A DNA stretch of 64,000 nucleotides from Tubulanus polymorphus (taxonomy: Eukaryota; Animalia; Nemertea), in contig NC_134028.1 in NCBI RefSeq assembly GCF_964204645.1, positions 3,224,001-3,288,000 on the forward strand, read 5' to 3'. This document shows positions 48,201 through 63,178 of the stretch, piece after piece. Both the position numbers and the translations under genes were made by a program. The notes under the pieces were generated by a model. It was not told the origin of the DNA. It was given only the letters and a program-made list of their open reading frames with translations, and did not search any database. How positions within the stretch are numbered: the stretch's first letter is position 1; the number at the start of each line of letters is the position of its first letter.

Positions 48201-49636
48201 AGGCGGAGAAGACACCGCAAGTCGCTCGGTTGCATTCAGACGTGTGGCCTACGGGTTGAAGGAACTCTGACAGGATCATAAAGCCGACGCATTGCTAGCA
48301 CTACGGGTAGGTGCGCTCACGAAAACACTAAACCACTAAACGAAATGAATATAAATCCTATGAATTCTCGTCCTTTCACGTTTTGCACGAATTATGCTAA
48401 ATCCACGTTTGCAGCTTAGAGCACGGAGATATATCTTTCATTAAGTCAGAATAATCACCCGCAAGCTCTTCATGTGATTCGAAACCATACTACTACGATG
48501 GCTACCCGCGGTAGTCCTTGATATTGTATTATTGTATGGAGACAAAACGTGTTTGTGGGTGTTACTTTTTTCCTGGTTCGCCATATCTGCCCATCCGGCC
48601 CCATCATAATCAAAACGTAGCCGATCGTACGACAAGTAAGTATAGATCAAAGGGAAGTTGAAAACGGTATCAGACCTTATGGTAATCACGATACCTTTCG
48701 TGAATCGTTGGATTAGGTCTAGGAGATTTGAGCTTTGAAAGACCAATATTCTGGTGTCAAATCAGGCATAATGAAAACCAACCCGCTTGAAAAACAGTTT
48801 CTTAAGCTGGTTAAAAGAAGTCTTGTTCACGAAAAAAAAACTTCTTGATCTTTCCCTGTGAATGAGCCTCGCCAAATGATCACCGTGTTTAAGTTATTGC
48901 CGCGAGCGGATCAAAATCTTCGGAAAAAAAAACGAATATTTTGATTAGATTTTCTGTGAGAATTACAGCATTAAAAATATACCACCATCGACGACGGCAA
49001 ACACAAAAACAGGAAATCGCTCTCCACTTTCAAAACAGCTAGCATCAAACCAAAGTTTGAAAACATATTACGCTTTCAAAACCAACATTCCAGCATCTTG
49101 TTTAGGTCGCTTTAGATTCGCAACTGGCTGTTTACTTCATGCGCATCTAAAATGTGCGAAGGTTTCATTTCTTCAGTTGTATCAATGATGACGACCGCTT
49201 ACAGTTAGTTAACTGTGATTAGAAATAATTTGTATTTTAGACTCGGATATGCACGATGGACTTGTCGCTTTGTAGGTCGAACAGAATTACTTGCTGGTTT
49301 CACTTATCGAATCGATGGACAGTCTGGTGGTAATTTCACTGGGCTCGTGACACGAGGCCTTTGATCTGTTATTTTCGACCACTTAATCTCGCAGTATGGA
49401 TTCCCCGGGGATTTCGAGAAGAAGCGACCTGGAAAAACAATGATATATCATCGACGGATGCATTTGACAAATTGGTTTGGTGCGACGCAATTTCGAATGG
49501 AAGTCTGCCAGTCCTCAATGCTGTCGTTTCGGGCGACCGTTTCTGATTCTGTTTCATGTTTCTTCACTCCAATTTATCATATTTTTTCTCGACGTGCAAT
49601 TTCTTTTGCGAGGCTTTTGCGAGAACCAACGTTGTT

Positions 49637-49857
<221 letters not shown>

Positions 49858-52200
49858 TTCCTTCTTTGGTTACACACGTACACGCACCTGCATCAAGAAC
49901 GTTATGTCGAAAAACAATACCGAACTAATAAGATCATATTCGACAGCAATCTTCAGAGATAGAACTCATACGAATGCGTGTCGGTTCGAATTTCAATTTG
50001 ATTTTCTTTCCTGTGACTGTTATACGAAGCACGGGCTAATCGCGTTTCGACTCGTAAAATAATTAAGGGTTCGTTCGTTTGATTTACGAAGCGTTTTTTC
50101 CGCGATACCGACGAAGGGTTTCCGGCTGAACGGACGTCGAAATGAAGTGATTTTCCATCTAATGGTCGGCCATCATGGGCTTTGTGTAACGACCAATAAA
50201 CATTCGCTTGTTACCGGGTCATCTCCGGCTTGCCGGGGAAATCACTCGACAAAATGTTGTCTGAATAGTCGACGCCGTCTCTCCGTTATTCGATTAAGAG
50301 TATTCTCAATTAGAATTTCTAGACTTGTCTGATAACCGATATCGTAACTGATTTTCTGTGGCAGGAATTCAAAACTCATAGTTTCTGGGGATATTCCCTA
50401 TACTCGATTCTTGATAAGCTTTAATGCTTCATTTCATCATGAAAATAGATACAATCACTGTCTCGATACTAATTACAATCACTGACTAATTAACTGAACT
50501 CATTTACTCCGTTTCCTTTGTTTCAAAGCCACGCCTGTGAATATCCTATTACGAGTAATTAGTAAACCTATAGCAGCGGCGGAAGGGTTTTACTTCCTGT
50601 ATTTGAGTAATAAACCCCTCGTTCCTCAGCAGGGAATATTTGATACGCCGAAACATGATACATTAATGATTTAAGTCATCCAGAAATTGCACTGTTCTAT
50701 TTGCACGTAAATTTCCCGTTAACACCAGAGACAGTTTCAGTCAGTGAAATGCGTGAATATTTTATTCGACTAAATCTGTACTGTATTTTGCGTGTCTAAT
50801 TTGGTAATTCCGTATATGCCATTCTTTTATCACGAAATGAGATTCTCCGATTCAATTCTACGGTATGAATATTTATTGTTCGGAAGTCCAAAAATCAATT
50901 CCACGCTACATGATTTCGGTCTGTGGTTTCGAACCAAAGCTTTAATTCTCCGATCGTTCGGAAACAACTTTGTGTGCAAATCATAAAGATATGATCGGTA
51001 CAGATATGTAAATCTCTAAAATCGCACATTTCATAAATTGTGGAAAACACCGTCATCTATATATTATTGTTGCAATTTGATCTCAAAAACCTTCAAAAAG
51101 TTATGTCATTCCGAAAGGTATGCATTCAACAAGATCATCGGAGCGTCGCATTGCGTTTGACGTGTTTAATCAGGACCGCAACATTCTAGACGAATCTAAT
51201 TTCTGTGATTGTAAAAATGAGCCAGAACTGAATTTGGTTTTTCGAGATAAGCGCTAATCATTCGATGTCTTAATGTCATTTGATCCCGAAGCAATCGATC
51301 ACGATGAGATCATTCGCCTGCAGATTTTACGGGTGAATTCTAAACGAATATCCCCGAAGCGAGAAGCATTTTTTTTTCTAAAATTTTAAAACTTTTTTTT
51401 CTTGTTACACCACGTTCGCTCTTTACAAACATGGAAGAAGAAATCTGATTATTTTTTTTCGCATCCTTCGAGTTGGAAGAATCAACATTTTCCAGATCCT
51501 GGCTGTTTTACGTTTACAAATCTATTCTTTAAAGGTATCGTTCATGCTAAAAATTAAAATTCATTTTCATTAAGAAGTTACATTATTTGGACATTATTAT
51601 GAAATAATGATATAATGAACAAAAATGTAACAGCAGAGACTGGGTCAGTCTTTCCAAGCCATGTAAACCAGAAGCATCCAGATGACATTCATCACACCCA
51701 CACACAGTACGCAGACGAGAATATGTTGTTTTCGTATTCTTCGACGCATTATTTGTGCACGAACTATTTTCGACATTCATCTATCAAAGATTTATTTTTA
51801 ACGTGTTTTTGTTAAAATCCCTGACGTGGCGTGGACGAACGTTTCAATGTGATATTCGAAGCATCGCTGGGTTACGACCTGCGATCGCGTTGATGGCTCT
51901 CCACCTGCCGTGATGATTTGCGTCATGGATGCGTCAAGTTTCTCGTTCGATTTATTACATCTTCGCCGCATTGAGTTGATTACAATCCACTGTTCGCATA
52001 TACGGAGCCTAGTTCTATTCTACGATTACACAAACTTCTGGCGTGAACATCGTTAACAATGTGAGATACGGCGTTTCAAATTATGATAATGTCGGATAAG
52101 GAAAATAATATGATAACAATCTTTTCGTTTCATCTCACCACATCCACGTTTCAGTATTCCAACGCATCGTAATCCGGATTTATAGTAAAATGAAGCGAGA

Positions 52201-52530
52201 TTTAGTGTTGTATTCCATTTTCAGGCTTTCAAAACAACGATGAAGAAAAACGATCTCTTTTTGAAAAGCGTCACTTTTCAAAGGTTTTGATACAATTTCT
52301 AACCTTTTTTGTGGGATATACATGGATAAGGCTTTTAGAAAACGTATCAATGAATGTATCGTTTTTACCTTATCCTTGGCTACAGCAAACTGATCATACA
52401 AATCTATTTAGAGTTTTCTAAAACCTTATCCGCGTATATTTCACAAAAAAGTTAGTAATTGTATCAAAACCTTTGAAAAGTGACGTTTCTCGTTGTTAGG
52501 AAAGCCTGGAAAACGCATACAACACTATAA
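52201..52530. mobile_element. Long imperfect palindrome (foldback/MITE) with ~140-bp arms
   Basis: TAGTGTTGTAT...CAGGCTTTC...CGTCACTTTTCAAAGGTTTTGATACAATT...GGATAAGG is mirrored by CCTTATCC...AATTGTATCAAAACCTTTGAAAAGTGACG...GAAAGCCTG...ATACAACACTA. Confidence 0.75.
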
Positions 52531-55500
52531 ATACCGCATTCCAACATGAATTTCCAACATGAGTATGAGAGTTGTTGGACACCAGGCGAGTTTGGACGAG
52601 AGAGATGCTTAATGATTTATGCCACAGTTCCATTCGTATAAATCAACGACTAGCCTTACGCCCGATTTGCCTCTTAGTCTACCAGTTCATCTAATACCAA
52701 ACCACGGCGAACTTATCGAATGAATGGACGCTTTAACGACGCCATTCTTTTCGTTCTGTCGAGGGTTAATGTTAGAGAGGTCCAGTCGATATTTCCTTTG
52801 ATCCGGAAGTTTTCGATACTTAAACTGATTCCGACTGAACGATTGAGTGGAGTCATGTCGCTTTATGAGCGATAGACTTTATCACGCTATACAAGCCACT
52901 TCATTTCTCTTTCTGACGGATGAATTTCTTTCTTGTGAAGTAAATGAGCAACATTCTAGAAATAAATTTTCCGCCTCGGAAACATTTTTATTCATTTGGT
53001 TTGGAAAAATGAACAAACAGAGCCATGAATTACTTCTCCGAGGCTATCGTTGGTCGCGTCAAAAATTCGTGAAATCGTTTTAGGAAAAAGATTTCGCCTA
53101 GAAACTCTACGCAAAATTGATCGCAGATACTTATCATTTTCAACGTTGAACTTCTTCATTGGTTGAAATATTAATGATCCTAATGAACGCATTTGGAGAT
53201 ATCAGACATGGCTTTTGTCAGTTAAAATCGGGTGATTACAAACAGTGGAAATATCATTAGTGAGCTATAAATAATTCTCGTATCTTGATGTCATCTCTTC
53301 TGTAACTTCAAATCGTCAGATATTAATTTGATTAAGCTTTCTTTGTATCTTTCCAAGAAAGAAATCTTCACTTCGCATTTGTTTTCTTATTGCGCCGAAT
53401 GTTCGATCAGAAAAACGTCATTTTGGTCGACATTACGCCGAGGGAAACCACACGAAATTCATCAACGCCTTATATTTTTGGAGGCTTCAGCAAAAGAATT
53501 GATATGATCTTCCGAAGCGATGTTTGTGAACCGAATTATTGCAGCTGCTGAAGAAAACAACATTGATTTTTGTTATTCAGGGATATCTGAATACGTCATT
53601 ACAGCCGCTATTTCTTTGGTTATGTAAGATTTTTCCATCGATTTTCACTAATGGATGGATGTGTCTGATCAGAAATCGGTAAAGAGACGTAATCCACCGA
53701 AGATGACCATTAATTTTAGACTCAAGAAATTTTCAGCTTGCGAAAATGACACGTCACTCTGGATTTTGAGATAAAATCCTATTAATTATATTCTTAATGA
53801 GCTCAGTTGAGGGACAGAAATAGTTGTTCAGTTTCAACATTTCGAACAGTCAACGAACATTGCAACATCTATCCATAAAGGTATACATCAACAAACAGAG
53901 TTCGCAACATTTATCCGACCTTTTACCCCAAAATTGACAAATTGATACAGACAAGAACTTCGACGCGATAACGTGGCGTGAAAACATATTTTCTGGATAG
54001 ACAGTTTTGTAATTGCAGGACACGGAATAGTTCATCAGTTCCCAGGATCGCTGTATCAGATTTACCGAGGCTAAAATCAATGCGATGATTTGTATCGTTC
54101 AATTTTCGGTTGGTGAAAACGTTTGAGCTCGCGCCACGGCGATTTATTCAAACACGATTCACATTTTTTCCCCGGGATATCATATTTTCACCCGAACTCA
54201 CGATCGATTCTATCAAAAGCGATGTAAAAGCGATATAATATCAGTAATCAGTTGACGACGCGTGGTGCTTTCAGAGTCCACCGTGAAAATTATCATCGGC
54301 GTTAAGAATTCCTACGAGACGAGTCGCGAATGGAATCGTTTTTTTCCAGCCAACCTGGCTTTCGTTTTAGCATTCTCCTCGGGATGTCGGCAGGAGCGTA
54401 TGGAATTCAATTATGCTCGAGTGTTTAAATACGACCGATTAGAAATCTTACGGCCAAGAAAATTCCGTAATTGAATTAAGACACAAAATAATGAGACACA
54501 CGAAAGTCGATAAGATCTTTTTCCTCGTCTGCGAATTGAGTATTACGTGTGGAAACGGGTTCGTTCTATAACTAAGTAAAACAAGAAAACTAACTTGAAA
54601 GTTTAATGACGCGTTAAAAAATGACGCACATATTGCTTAATACGGTCGACAACCGATGAGATAATGTAAATGATTACATAATACATTATGATATATACTC
54701 TTAAGGATCGATAGATTATTTTGGATTTGAAATATAACGATAATTGAATTGAATTGACTGGTAATCAGTCTAGCTACGACGTATTGATGACGTAGTGCAC
54801 ATCGTCTCAAAAACAGTTATTACAATTCATCAAATATGAAAAATGAAAAAGTCGAACTCAAACTTTTGGTTTAAGCGATTTGTTACTTCGTGTTTGACAT
54901 AATATGGATTAACCCCTAAATGAATCGAAACGAAACGAAATAAGACGAATCGTTTTAAGAGTCCAACCATTTTGTGAGCTTGGACTCTGTGAAACGGCCG
55001 TCTGAATGCTGAGAAATAAACCTACATCTGATAACTAGTAGAAACTATGATATATGGTATTATGTCCAACGTTTTGATATTTTCTTCCCTTGTGGCACTA
55101 ATGTTCAGGAGGCAATCTCCATGTCGTACGACGGCTAAATTTGCGTAAGCGCTCAATTTACATGCTCGATATATAAACGGCTGAGATAAGGAGAAATGTA
55201 AACAAAACTCTACTACAGAATCTGCTGGTCCATTCTAATCACTATCCAAACTCCAATAAACCTACGCTATAAGGTGATTTCCTTGTAGATTCAGCTATGC
55301 TGCATTATCGAACCAAATATCGCATTTACAATTAACCGCGAATGTATTCAGGTTGATTAACATTTACCGAAGCTGAAACGAGAAAAAAAATACGAAAAGA
55401 GTTACTTTTTGTTTCAGGTTTAATATATGTAATGGACGAATACGCAATGATATTTTTCTAGATGCTTCGAAGTCGCTCGCACACATATTTACTTTGATCT

Positions 55501-58500
55501 CCCACGTGTTTTAATGATTGTAGATGCATCAACCGCGCAAATTAATTTGCGACAATTAGTTTAATGATACAGGTATTTCGTTTCATATTCATTCCACCCT
55601 CTCCCACTAACATTACCTATTTCACAGCTCGACACGTAGCTGATTGCGTCGCACAGCTTTTTTTTCTCGATACCAATATCGTGGCGATGTAGTGCTCGGG
55701 AGTAACGGTCAGTACAGACGTGTAGCTGATGATTTCCCGGCTTAGTATATCATAATTTAGACCACATAAAGTTGACACCAAATCAGCCGCAAGTGAACGA
55801 AAAGCCGGCGTCTAAACATTTATCTTTAGATAGGCTTTACGGAAATACACGTCGCTATACGCGCTTGGGAACCGTCTCAAGAGAGTATGGCAATACGCAA
55901 TGTCGTATACGAGAGAGGTGATTTTGCTTGCTAATTGCTTCGGGCTTCGGTTAATCAAATATTATAAAACAACGGACGATTTCGCCGCGATCTTGATTTG
56001 TTTTGAATATGACAAAATGTTTTAACGTCACATATCGCGATTAACCACGAGGCTTCTTCAAAGGACCCAGTGATGCATGGCAGTAAAATACAATATCCAC
56101 AATATATTGATTCATTTTGTTTTGATAACCGTTGATGAAACACTTTATCCGTGTTGTGACGATATTATAAAAAACGTTTCCTTGAATTGATAGTTAATCC
56201 AACGTTTCCCCGACAGTATTACCTCCCGAGAGTGGGATCGCAGACGATGTTAGAAACTAATCGTCTGCCTATGCTCTCGTCTGTCTATTAGGAGGCTGAT
56301 GGGAATAAAGGTTGTATTTCCACCGGTCAAGTGCTGGTTGTTGAGTCGTTGTGTGGGTCCCTTCTGGTGGCTTGTATAGCGGACTGACCAAAGCCAGCTT
56401 CGGGTTCCAACAGGCGTTTGCCTTCCCAATATCAATGTTTCGACTGTTCTCTTAATAGTCATCTTCACGAAATGTATTCTATGTATTTTTGTTTTGGTCA
56501 GTGTTAATTATCGAGTGATCAATAACCAACTGCAACATCAATTGAAAATGGCAATAATTCAATATGCGGATAATGTCTCAAACTTGACATTGCATCATTC
56601 TGAGGTTTACCGACGATAATTAAAGGCCTAATTTACGAAGTGAATTTGTAACGACGACCGACAAGCGTCGAGGTATCAACGTCGTCATGTTCGCTCTATA
56701 ATACCGGAACAACGATGAGTTTTTTTGACAAATTACCGAGGAATTATGCAGGCATCATTAACTAATCTCGTGATTTACAACGTGCTCCAATTGATTGTAA
56801 CGTGTTCACTGCGAACATGTGACAAATGAGCAAATTCTTACACACGAATATTACATCAACTTGGATTTCTCGACCAAACGAATTCTTGCAGTAATTATTC
56901 GAATTTCACGCACGGCCTCGTAACCCTGCGCTCGCCGTGGCTAGGCCAGTCACCGAATGAAATTGAGATTATTCGGATAACTATTTTTCACTTGATCTGT
57001 TTATTTGGCCTGTGTCTAAAATACAGAGGAAATATCCGCAAATATTCGGAGATTTCACTTATTTTCTAGTAGAAATCTAATGTAATTGAGAAGAGTGTAG
57101 CTGGGTTATCGATTACAGTAGATTTCACTGGAACGATTGTTTAGAGCCGGCTATCGTGACGTGTTAGATTTGAAGTTTGTTCGTCAGTATTTTCTTGCAT
57201 GGAAGCAACAGAATATTTGCAATTTGTATTATACTCTATATGATTTGCACGCACACGTCTAACTTGAGGATGAAAAATATAATTCGCTCTGCACGAATAG
57301 AAACGGGATCGACAAGATTAGAAAACAAAAAATACACTAAAACTAACAAAGTTTCTGCCACACCTAACATCTTTGATAATCAGTGTTAATGTAATTTTCT
57401 ACGAAAATGAGACCATATGATATAAAACATGAATGACATTTCATTTTTTAGAATACGTTTGACAACATGGATGGATTTCGTGTTAATACGCCGAGATCTA
57501 ATCTATTTCCGTTGAAACAAACATGCTTTCTAGATTGTATTTCAGAGACAGTTCAGTACGTGAGGACTTATGACAATTTAGTCTGGAAACTTAATGGAAT
57601 AAAACTAAATGGAGTATGAACTGGAGTCGGTTTTGCAAATGTGACATCATTAATTCAACAACCTGGCCTATAGCTGCTGCAATCACACGGAGACGGTTTG
57701 GCCCGGGTTAAAGTAGCCCGGTCCGGACCCGATTCAAATTTGACTCGTGCTTAGACGGTGCGTTCACACGTAAATCACTAACTCTTACTAAAATGCTATC
57801 AGAACGATGCTGTGGGAAGGAAGTAAGTCACTCCCAGAACCAGTCAGCATTCACACGGTTTTCACCTGCGCTAAAATTTGGCATGGAACTGGTCCGAAGA
57901 TTTTGGTCGGGCTAAATCTTGCCATTGTCAAACACGCACGGACCCATTTGGCACCAGAGTGAACGGTCGGCTCGGGATAAAGTGCCCGGCTAATATTTAT
58001 ATTCTCTAAGCAACCACTGGTGGCGATATTATTGTAGCAATACATTCTAGATTAGACAACTTACTAGTCCCATCGGTCATCGCGTCTGACAGGGACAAAT
58101 TATGGTCATTGATAACTTTTAAATAGATTAACGTTACTTTCGACCAGAAACAAGCCACCCCGTGAGTGCGTGCACGCCAAACTAAAACACATCGAAATTG
58201 TGATATTTTTAGAAAGCGGTTTTCATGTCTCCTGATATTCCTGTCATGTTCTCATCTGATTGATAGCGCTCTAGCTTGGGCGCGGTTACAATTATATTAC
58301 GTTTCCTTCGCTTACAAAATCTCTTCGCGGATTTATTATTACACGTCACCTGTCACCTATATATACTATACATATATGTCTGGGATTCTGACACGTGATA
58401 AACTCGAACTAGCTTGTTAAAATGATGGATCCGATTGTCAGTTTGATTACCCGTGGAATGCCGCCATAAAAATCTTAGATCCAAACGTTGACTGTTACTT

Positions 58501-59523
58501 TTTTGATATCCTACACGGACTTACTAAGATCTTCGTCTTGCTTGATTTGCTACTATTGACGATTATGTTTTCCATTTTCCGGACGGACTAAAATCGTCTC
58601 CATGATATAATGAACCTATGATACTCATGTAGAGCACAATGGTTCTTCTATAGTAAACTATACAGTTCTCGTCGAAAAAATACTAGCCGTTATTTTCGAG
58701 TTTATTGAACCATTTTCCTGGATTTTCTACCTTCCCTCCTTGTTCCATGGGCATAACTCGAATACGAGATCAATTAGGGAAGGGGATAAAACCGTTGATA
58801 CGAGCTTAGTATAAAAATGCGAAACAAGGAAATTAAGAACGATTTCCGTCCATTTGATGACTAGCTGCGGAATCGGCTTTGATCGTCTGGACATGTTTTT
58901 GAAAGATATTCTTTTATATGAAACGTTCCGTATTGGAATGAAAATTCTTAAATATTGATATCGGTCATGACCATTGAAATCTAGTTAACTACGTAATAAA
59001 TACCGAAATTGCAGAAATCAACGCACCGCGAACAATCCGGCTGCGAACAAAAATTGTTTATTGGCTCCTTTCATTCAGGATTCGAAATCTCCGCAGAATA
59101 TTTTAGCAACATGTATGAGATCATTTATGGCCATAGAACGACGATGGATGGAAGTAATACAACGAGACGGAAAGTACAAGAGAAACACGAGTAGGATACT
59201 TCGTTATTTTCACTGACTTCAATTCAATATCCCACCCTTAATTCCCTCCCGTTTTCTTATGTGAAAATTTGTATACATTCGTATTGAGGGTACTTATTGT
59301 TGAATGTTGTCGCATCATATGATTGATTATTTGGCAATTTTTTGGCCAAACTTTTCGCAAAATATATACATGTATGTTTCAATTTGCAACAATTTTTTAA
59401 TAAACTTAGTTTCACCAGTCATTTATACTAATAAATGACCTTTATCAATCAACTACATGTCTTGTTTATTTTGCTTCAAACAAAGCTCGTCGTTTTCCAT
59501 TTCTCACGGAGCGGGGATATCAT

Positions 59524-59668
59524 AAAGTACTTTATAGGTTAACTAGGTTATTTGAGGTACGAGCTTTCGTTAATAGTTATTGAACTGAGATTCATCGCTA
59601 CTACGTATAATACTCACAAGTAGCGAAAGCTCGTACCTAAAATAAACTAGTTAAAACTTTGAAGTACT
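59524..59668. repeat. Inverted repeat with ~45-bp arms (possible Penelope-type inverted end)
   Basis: AGTACTT...TTAACTAGGTTATTTGAGGTACGAGCTTTCG pairs with CGAAAGCTCGTACCTAAAATAAACTAGTTAA...AAGTACT. Confidence 0.7.
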
Positions 59669-59889
59669 ATCCGTCTTGTTGTATTTAATCTACACCAAGT
59701 GAAACATTACAACAGTTGCAAGTGAAACGGTACTATTAGCCAGATTTGTCTCGTCTATTATATTTGGTCAGCACACGTCTCGCGGTAAGATCGAAGGGAA
59801 CCCCTTGAGGGCAGATGAAATCGATTTGATTTGATTGTACGTTCGGGTGAAACAACCTATCACCTGGAAGTTAACGACTGAAAGGACCT

Positions 59890-59973
59890 GGACCCAGTTC
59901 CACAGTCTTGAGTTTGAATTAACTCTGAGTTAAAGTTAGTTCATTTTCAATGAGTTAACTGTGGAACTGGACC
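59890..59973. mobile_element. Short MITE, same TIR family as 558-666
   Basis: GGACCCAGTTCCACAG ... CTGTGGAACTGGACC. Confidence 0.6.
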
Positions 59974-62900
59974 AAGGACATTATAACCTATATTTAAATA
60001 TTCTAATATTAGAAAACGTGCGATGCACCCAGCGAGGTGGTAACCGATTCTAATAATCCGGAGTAGTTCCTCTCGGATGTATTGTACTTATTATCGTCGG
60101 TTAATGTATTGTATAGTGACAGAGGAAATGTTGCGGTATCAATTTCGGTTTTCAGAAAACCTCAGCCACCTGAGCCCCAATCCCTGCCTCATCGTTGACA
60201 TTAAGGAAAGCAACAACTCTCTCGAGTGTCTCATAACAGCAACATGATTGCAATGTGCAGGAAGCGCGAGCAAATGATGAAATTTCCTTCGAGCCCTTGT
60301 TCCCTTCGCTTTGCTCATCGCGTGTGTGATTGTACACGAATATCAGTTTATCTATTTAGTCTGAACGTTCGGTTTCGACTTCGCTCTGTCTTCATTAAGC
60401 ACCTCCAAAACAATAGCTTACAGCAAAAACTTCAATTAGGGGAGCTTCTGCCACATCGTGACCCTTTGGGCGGAAAATCGGCTCCGGTACCGCATCGTGA
60501 TTGTGCTTTAGTTCGCTTGTAAGCGAAGGCTCAGCTGATGTCAATTTTCAACGAACATTTAAAATCCGACTAGAGTATTCAAACTGCTCTCGATCTTCGT
60601 TCAGTTTGCTGACATGGTTTCGCAGCGCAAAGTGGTCCATTTTGATCGTATTAATCACTTGTATATCGAATCAACTTAGTGAACTTGATTAAAAACTTTT
60701 TATATCGAGTTTTGTTCAGTCTATACGATCACGTCGTTAGCAAAGAGCCATAAAAACTAAAGAAATTCTACCAATCAGTCGTCTATAGCTGGTGTTGGTT
60801 GGTTGGAGTCTCATCTTGGTGCTACTTTATTCTGATGATCTATATACTTCGCTTCCTCGTCATCAGTCACGATAGATCTATTGTTTCAGCTGAAATAATT
60901 AGTACTTTTATCATCATAAGGAGCGTCGTCTTTTTGTCATATAAGATTAGTTAGATACGTCATCCGCAGAAATCACTACAATAATACTTTCAATTTCCCA
61001 AACAGAACATCTTCAAATAAAGGTAATTTTGCAACTCGTTTTTCACGAAGTCTGACAATAAATTATGAAGGGATGATGTTTGTTAACTGGAACTAGATGA
61101 TAATTTGAATAAACTGATAACAAAAAATAACAGTTTCATTTGCATCCATATTTGATTAATAATCAAAAAGCGGCCTACGCTTTTCATAAACATCTGTATT
61201 TGATTGCGCAGTTACCCCGTCCCATACACTGCAGGTGTTCGTCGTTGTTGGACGCAATTTCAGAAACACTTAATTATGAAGACATTTGCTAAGCAGGAGA
61301 CACACGACGCGTCTAATTCGTCTTCAAGCAATTAATTAGATTTTACTTCAATCTACGAAATGGCCCTGTATATAGTTCGTAACTGTCCGTTTGATTATCT
61401 GATCGAATATCTTCGAACGGCGACATTTCGATCGCCCACCGATCACTGATCAATGTTATCGACGACGGATGAAGAAATCAGTAAGAAATATAAATTTGAT
61501 TTATCGAAAGCGAATTGTGTAACATCGATCGTTAGGGTTTTTCTCCACGCTCTGCGCCAGTCACTAAAAGCCAGGGATTTTTTCCCAGACCTCAGCGGTG
61601 ATCGATATCTCTGAATTAAATGTTTAAACATCTGCCGGGGATTTCGAGATTCGTTCATTTGCCCGGTGTTCCCTATACGTGATTCTCTTTGTGCTGCTAA
61701 AGATTTTCGGCTTTAAAACCTACCGGATCCTTCTCTTTATCGGCTCCGATTTTTTCATCGATTCGGTGCTTCGGGAAATATACCTGCAGGGAGAAGTAAT
61801 CTTTTTCTTAACACGTCGATGAACGACTGACCGCAACCAGATACCCGGTGAAGGATTTCCTCTGACGCCTGACAGAAAATCTATTTTTGAAAATTGCCCC
61901 ATCCCAGAGGAAACAAGCTGAATAGAGTATCGCGATAGAACAAGCTTCAAATGGCTTTCACCTGGTAAGTCATTAGCTTGAATTAACAAACATGACTCCA
62001 TTTAGCAAATCATTGCCTTAAAGAATAAACACAAGTTCATCCGGTGTTTATTTCAGATTTCAAAAGAATACAAACGGAGTGCACGCAATACAAAACGGCA
62101 CATAGATATGATATATGCGTTGGATTAATCCGTATCGTGTATTAAATAGCTGCAAGGTGTGGAGAAACGAATCCGACCGATAATCGCATTATGTCTAATC
62201 CCGGTTAGCGGCGTATATAACAAAATATAAACAAGTAATGAAATTTGCGGGGTTCTTCGGCATAGTTACAATATTGCAGTTCATCCAATACCTTTGACAA
62301 ATATCATCGACTATCGTCAAATAAGACAAAACGCTGCTGCTACTTATTTCCAATAAAACGTATATACATATAACACGTGTATGTATGGATCTTATCCCGA
62401 AATCGTGTCCGGGGATGACAGCACTATCTATTGATCTTTGACTGGTGACCAATTACTGATGTAATGCCCGGGGTTAAAGTTTATTTGACCAAGTATGTTT
62501 TTTTTAGATGATTTGCCTTCAGAAAACAACTTGGTATTCCGGCAAATAACTCGCTGTTCGGCGGTCCATTATTTTTCGCTTCTGCAGTCGATATAACTCA
62601 GATGCATATTTATAGCATTGTGCCATTATTGCCTGTTGAATGCGTTGTTGGAATCTTAACCTTTTGCGTTTTTCGATGTAATTGACTTAGGTAGGTTTAG
62701 AACACGATCGACTATTAGCTGGTATACTAATACTTTCTGGTCTTCTTTTATCACAGAAAAAACTTCATCGATATGGTAGTAACATTTGCAATAATCTGCA
62801 AACTTTACTACCATATCATTTAATTTTTTTCTCCTGACTACCCCCGATATTGTGTTGATTAAACATACACAAAACCTTAGAGTATTCTTCATCTCATCCC

Positions 62901-63051
62901 CTTTAGTTTATTTCCACGAAGAATACAAGCGACAATCTTGATGAAACTCTCTCAGACTGTCTATGTTGTAATAACATACGATAAAGGCCCGCATGAAAAT
63001 AAAAGAAAAACTAACGAGTCGGAGAAGTTTCCTTCCCCTAATGGTTAGTAT

Positions 63052-63178
63052 TATTGTTCTGGGACCAGTTGTTGAAAAGTTGGTTAGAGTTTTAACCAGT
63101 GGATAGTTGACTGTTACTATGGTATTTATCGGCCGGTTATCTTTAACCAATTTTTGAGCAACTGACCCCAGAACAATA
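63052..63178. mobile_element. Short MITE (PIF/Harbinger-like termini)
   Basis: TATTGTTCTGGGACCAGTTG...TTGGTTA is mirrored by TAACCAA...CAACTGACCCCAGAACAATA. Confidence 0.6.

Noticed and set aside
57663-58030. Harbinger-like TTCACACG motifs and GC-rich palindromes
   Set aside because: Probably a decayed DNA transposon, but paired termini could not be defined.
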